In this document: positions 35,050 through 38,684 of the stretch, in pieces
Layout: each line of letters starts with the position of its first letter
Position numbering within the stretch: position 1 is the stretch's first letter
Assembly (NCBI GenBank): GCA_021163445.1
Contig: JAGGWR010000070.1
Coordinates: forward strand, 1-38,684
Reading direction: 5' to 3'
Length of the DNA stretch: 38,684 nucleotides
Source of the DNA: Candidatus Tharpella aukensis
GTDB taxonomy: Bacteria > Desulfobacterota > Anaeroferrophillalia > Anaeroferrophillales > Tharpellaceae
The notes under the pieces: generated by a model
The model's database searches: none
Seen by the model: the letters and a program-made list of their open reading frames with translations, nothing else
What the model was told of the DNA's origin: nothing
Position numbers and translations under genes: made by a program

Positions 35050-36057
35050 ATGGTTAGATTGGCGGTTTCGATGGGGGATCCGGCGGGTGTCGGTCCAGAA
35101 GTGACAGTGCGCTCTCTTGTGCAGATGGATGAGGGCTTGCGTAGAGAGGTCGTGGTGGTCGGTGAGGCGGCTTGGTTGCGGCGGGTTGCAAAAGCGATTG
35201 GCGGGGTGGCAAGATCACTGGTTTTTGTCGAAAGAGGTGCGGCGGTCGGGGTTGATGATTGGCCGTCAGAGATTGCTGCGAGGGCGATCCGGGTTTGCAA
35301 TCCTCTTGCCGAAGCTCTGCCGCAACTGGTTTTGGGGCGTGATTATGCGGTTTTCGGTGATGCCTCATTTAATTATGTCAAGTGTGGAGTCGAGTTGGTG
35401 CAAAAAGGGATTTGTCAGGCTCTGGTGACCGCACCGATCTCTAAGCATGCCTGGCATCTGGCAGGCCATCAATATCCCGGCCATACTGAATTTTTGCGCG
35501 AATTGAGCGGGAGTTCGAAGGTCGGTATGGTATTTTGGGGTGAACGTTTGAAGGTTCTGTTGGCGACGACTCACCTATCTCTGGCCCGGGTGCCGGAGGT
35601 TTTGACAATTGATCTTGTCCTGGAACAGATTTTAATGTTGCATGACTTTATGCAGAAGATTAATCTGTCTGGAACTATCGGTTTAGCCGCCCTGAATCCT
35701 CATGCCGGCGAAGGGGGAGCCTTTGGCGATGAAGAGGAGCGCATTTTGCGGCCTGCTCTGACCCGTTTACATAAGCTTGGTGTCGCGGTTGAGGGGCCTG
35801 TACCTGCTGATGTGCTTTTTCATCAGGCTCTTAACGGTCGGTATGCGGCCCTGGTCGCACTCTATCATGATCAAGGCCTGGTGCCTTTTAAAATGCTCTA
35901 TTTTGATGATGGTGTCAATCTTTCTATAGGCCTCCCTTTTATCAGAACTTCCGCTGATCATGGTACGGCGTTTGATATTTCTGATAAATTTGTTGCCAGC
36001 AGCCGAAGTATGGATGCAGCACTCGCACTTGCCGTTAGGTTGGCAAGTGTTTATTGA
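35050..36057 (+). CDS. pdxA: 4-hydroxythreonine-4-phosphate dehydrogenase
   Basis: MVRLAVSMGDPAGVGPEV at the N-terminus, plus LNPHAGEGG and TSADHGTAFD motifs. Confidence 0.9.
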   Translation: MVRLAVSMGDPAGVGPEVTVRSLVQMDEGLRREVVVVGEAAWLRRVAKAIGGVARSLVFVERGAAVGVDDWPSEIAARAIRVCNPLAEALPQLVLGRDYAVFGDASFNYVKCGVELVQKGICQALVTAPISKHAWHLAGHQYPGHTEFLRELSGSSKVGMVFWGERLKVLLATTHLSLARVPEVLTIDLVLEQILMLHDFMQKINLSGTIGLAALNPHAGEGGAFGDEEERILRPALTRLHKLGVAVEGPVPADVLFHQALNGRYAALVALYHDQGLVPFKMLYFDDGVNLSIGLPFIRTSADHGTAFDISDKFVASSRSMDAALALAVRLASVY

Positions 36058-36066
36058 TGTTTTTTT
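36026..36066 (+). terminator. Candidate intrinsic terminator overlapping the pdxA 3' end
   Basis: CACTTGCC (36026-33), an 8-nt loop, then GGCAAGTG (36042-49), followed by the T-rich tail TTTATTGATGTTTTTTT. Confidence 0.55.
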
Positions 36067-36122
36067 ATGTTTGATTGTTTTAAAATGACTAAAAAAATGT
36101 TCTGTTAAGCCCCATAAAAATC

Positions 36123-36181
36123 TTGACAAGAGCTTTTTCCTAAGCTATATGAAATAGCTCATGTTAGCACTGTTAATGTGC
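36123..36181 (+). promoter_or_regulatory. Candidate sigma70 promoter with two palindromic operator-like sites upstream of iclR
   Basis: TTGACA (36123-28), a 17-nt spacer, then TATATG (36146-51). Palindrome AGCTAT-5-ATAGCT (36143-59) overlaps the -10 element. A second palindrome, AGCAC-7-GTGCT (36165-81), follows. Confidence 0.45.
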
Positions 36182-36255
36182 TGTTTGTCTGTAACTGAAG
36201 TAGTCGCTTGCTTGCCCGGCTGCTGTTTTATCATATTTTTATGGGGATGTGCATT

Positions 36256-37074
36256 ATGGTTAAGAGAGAGAAATCAAACTATATTATCCAGGCAGTAGTT
36301 CATGCTTTAACCCTGCTTGAAGAGTTTAGCGGCGATGTTGATGAGCTTGGCGTAACCGAACTAAGTAAACGTCTTAAACTTCATAAAAATAATGTTTTCC
36401 GGTTACTGGCAACCCTAGAGGAAAAAGGCTATATCGAGCAGAACAAGATAACCGAAAACTACCGTTTAGGGATTAAAAGTCTGGAACTGGGCCAGACCTT
36501 TATTCGGCAGATGGGAGTTTTGCGTCAAGCCCATCCGGTGATGGAAAAGTTGTGCAAAGATTTACGGGAAAATGCTTATGTCGGGGTTATTCGTAACCAT
36601 AATGTTGTCTACCTTGATGTTGTCGAGTCTGATCAGGCGGTTCGGGTGGTTTCCCGCGTCGGTTCGCAGTTGCCAGTCTGGTGCTCAGCTATCGGTAAAG
36701 CTCAGGTCGCCTCGATGAACACCGGCGAATTAGAGAAAATTTTGCCGCCGGTTAAAGAGTGGGAAGCCTGTACCCCGAAATCGATTCGCGACAAAGATCT
36801 CTTTTTCAAAGAATTGGAGCTAATCCAGGAACAGGGTTATGCCGTTGATGATGAAGAGTATGATCATGATGTCAAATGTGTCGGCGCGGCAATTCGTGAC
36901 TATACCAAAAGAGTGGTAGCCGGTATTAGTGTTTCCGGCCCCTCTTTTCGTTTGACCGACGCATCTATCAAGGAGACGATTGCACCCGCAGTTAAACAGG
37001 CCGCAGCCGAAATCTCCCGGCGCCTCGGTTATGAAGTGGCTCTTAATATTGAAGAGAAGGGTTCCAATCCCTGA
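36256..37074 (+). CDS. IclR-family transcriptional regulator
   Basis: ATG at 36256 (MVKREKSNYIIQAV). Winged HTH (LGVTELSKRLKLHKNNVFRLLATLEEKGY) plus an IclR effector-binding C-terminal domain. Confidence 0.88.
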   Translation: MVKREKSNYIIQAVVHALTLLEEFSGDVDELGVTELSKRLKLHKNNVFRLLATLEEKGYIEQNKITENYRLGIKSLELGQTFIRQMGVLRQAHPVMEKLCKDLRENAYVGVIRNHNVVYLDVVESDQAVRVVSRVGSQLPVWCSAIGKAQVASMNTGELEKILPPVKEWEACTPKSIRDKDLFFKELELIQEQGYAVDDEEYDHDVKCVGAAIRDYTKRVVAGISVSGPSFRLTDASIKETIAPAVKQAAAEISRRLGYEVALNIEEKGSNP

Positions 37075-38291
37075 TTTCTCTCCAACCAGCTGGTCATCTT
37101 TATATTCATATTCCTTTTTGCCGTTCTCGTTGCCATTATTGTGCTTTTGCCTCGGTGGCGGTTGACACGGTTCCGGAAAAGGCTTATCTGGCCGCTCTTG
37201 AGGCTGAGTTTCAATATCGTCTAAAGAGCTGGCCGCAAGCCTTTCTGCCTCTGGTCACCCTCTATTTCGGAGGCGGGACGCCCTCCCTTTTTTCTCCTTC
37301 TTTTTATGCCCGAATCATTGATATGTTGGCTCAGCGACTTGGTTTTGTTTCTGAGCCTGAAGTAACTCTTGAGGCTAATCCAGCCGATATCAGCCGGGAA
37401 AAAATTATCGGTTACCGGGCCGCCGGGATCAATCGCATCAGTCTTGGCGCGCAGTCCTTTGCTCCTGAAGGATTGCAGCTTCTCGGTCGGCGCCATGACG
37501 GATTGATGGTTGAAAAGGCAGTCGATATTTTACGCAGTGAGGGGATTGATAACCTTAGCCTTGATTTGATCTATGCCTGGCCCGGGCAGAGTCGTGTCGT
37601 TCTGAATCAAGATTTGCAGAAACTTGCATCTTTGGCGCCGGAACATGTTTCGGCTTACTCCCTCTCTCTGGAACCGGGAACCCGCTTGGCGCAAGAAGTT
37701 GCTTCCGGAAAATTGTCGGTGGTGGCTGATGATGTTCAAGCCGAGATGATGCAATTAGTTGAAGAGGGTCTTGAAAATGTCGGTCTTCATCGCTATGAAA
37801 TCTCCAATTTTGCCCGCCACCCTCAGGTTCAGGCCCGGCATAATTTAGCCTACTGGCAGCTTCACGATTATTTAGGGCTTGGAGCCGGCGCTTGCGGGGG
37901 CTGGCGCTGCCGTAAAGATTCCGAGCATTGGGCCGAACGCTATTGTAACATGCCTGACCCTTTCGTCTATATGCAGCGGCTTGAACAGCTTAACGCCTCG
38001 TCGCCTACCGGAGGCAGCAGTTCCGAACTTCGGCCCGAGCGCTGGTTTGAAAAAGAGATTATTGATCTTAAAACCTCTTTTATCGAATCCCTGATGATGG
38101 GTTTAAGGCTTCGTCAAGGGGTCGACCTTGCGGGTTTGAGAGAGGAGTATGGTTCGCAAACAGTTGATGCCATAATGCCTCGAGCGCAAAAGTTACGTGA
38201 CGATGAATTGCTCGATTGGGATGAGAATAATCTCTGGATCACCGACAAAGGTATGTTTTTAAGTGACACGATCCTCTCTTATTTGCTATAA
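37071..38291 (+). CDS. hemW: Radical SAM family heme chaperone HemW (HemN-like). The start codon is uncertain and non-canonical.
   Basis: The frame is open from 37053 and encodes ...GHLYIHIPFCRSRCHYCAF (CxxxCxxC) upstream of the GTG 37155 used by the ORF track. FGGGTPS and HemN_C-like regions follow. No ATG, GTG or TTG lies between the in-frame stop at 37050-52 and the Fe-S motif. The candidate starts are CTG 37071 and ATT 37074. Confidence 0.8.
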   Translation: MISLQPAGHLYIHIPFCRSRCHYCAFASVAVDTVPEKAYLAALEAEFQYRLKSWPQAFLPLVTLYFGGGTPSLFSPSFYARIIDMLAQRLGFVSEPEVTLEANPADISREKIIGYRAAGINRISLGAQSFAPEGLQLLGRRHDGLMVEKAVDILRSEGIDNLSLDLIYAWPGQSRVVLNQDLQKLASLAPEHVSAYSLSLEPGTRLAQEVASGKLSVVADDVQAEMMQLVEEGLENVGLHRYEISNFARHPQVQARHNLAYWQLHDYLGLGAGACGGWRCRKDSEHWAERYCNMPDPFVYMQRLEQLNASSPTGGSSSELRPERWFEKEIIDLKTSFIESLMMGLRLRQGVDLAGLREEYGSQTVDAIMPRAQKLRDDELLDWDENNLWITDKGMFLSDTILSYLL

Positions 38292-38332
38292 GCGATTTTC
38301 AACTTTAACCTGATAATATTGGAGATTTTAAA

Positions 38333-38684
38333 ATGAGTGCGAATGATCCCGGACAAATGCCCGAATTTGTGGCTGATACTGACCATCTCTATCGTGAAGA
38401 GACGATAACTGATCTTAAGGTCGCATCGATCAAGGTGCTGACACCCATCAACCTGGACGGCAGCGAAGACCAGGATCGTACGGCGATCTATGTCGGCCAC
38501 ACCCAGTTGATGTCGCCGGAAGGGCCAGTGCCGTTGCAAGCCTCTTTAGAAGCCAACAGTCTGGAAGAAGCGATGACCATTTTTCCGGATGCCATGCGTC
38601 AGGCCTTGTCCGAGATGGTTGAAAAGATCAAAGAGATGCAGCAACAGCAAAAACAGAAAGAGATGGATAGCTCCCGGATCATCA
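38333..38684 (+). CDS. Hypothetical protein, 5' partial (runs off the window end)
   Basis: ATG at 38333 lies 8 nt after GGAG (38321-24) and the frame stays open to the window end (MSANDPGQMPEFVADTDHLYREETITDLKVASIKVLTPINLDG...). It is absent from the ORF track because it has no stop. The antisense ORF 38279..38539 is a shadow of it. Confidence 0.6.
   Translation, partial: MSANDPGQMPEFVADTDHLYREETITDLKVASIKVLTPINLDGSEDQDRTAIYVGHTQLMSPEGPVPLQASLEANSLEEAMTIFPDAMRQALSEMVEKIKEMQQQQKQKEMDSSRII

Noticed and set aside
37155-38291. GTG 37155 as the hemW start (ORF-track version).
   Set aside because: It would remove the CxxxCxxC radical-SAM motif that is encoded in frame immediately upstream.

Overview
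This is a 38.7-kb chromosomal window. Gene content and order suggest a Desulfuromonadales/Geobacter-like deltaproteobacterium, but that is inference only, with no search run.

Layout:
(1) 1-6.7 kb is a partly decayed type I restriction-modification island. It holds an hsdM 3' fragment, an hsdS frameshifted in a G8 run, about 500 nt of structured non-coding DNA with RhuM-like gene remnants, an intact hsdR, and a translationally coupled DUF45/YgjP-type metallopeptidase.
(2) 6.7-15.6 kb is a minus-strand housekeeping block: def, fmt, DUF116, mfd, three tandem parvulin/SurA-like PPIases and a small Cys-rich protein.
(3) 15.8-23.0 kb is a plus-strand chemosensory operon, cheA-cheW-cheR-cheD-HDOD-cheY-cheX-cheB, with no receptor gene.
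(4) 23.0-34.8 kb is a minus-strand block: GGDEF cyclase, EndoIII-like protein, ppdK, glyS, tlpA-like, trxA, ispB-like, an NPPY methyltransferase, DUF1015 and a UbiA-family prenyltransferase.
(5) 35.0-38.7 kb on the plus strand holds pdxA, iclR, hemW and a partial hypothetical gene.

I found no rRNA, tRNA, CRISPR array or transposase.

The most unusual signal is a 128-nt, almost fully self-complementary (rod-like) repeat. One copy abuts the cheY ribosome-binding site. A second copy, 119/128 identical, sits in the ubiA/pdxA spacer on the other strand. An 18-nt fragment lies in the AT-rich cheA-cheW spacer. Eight of the nine substitutions between the two full copies fall in one paired stem, and they include two compensatory double changes.

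Other points worth a second look:
- the hsdS poly-G frameshift
- the structured hsdS-hsdR spacer with twin palindromes
- an MshEN-like (c-di-GMP-binding type) motif in CheA where the P2 domain normally sits
- hemW, which has no canonical start codon upstream of its radical-SAM motif
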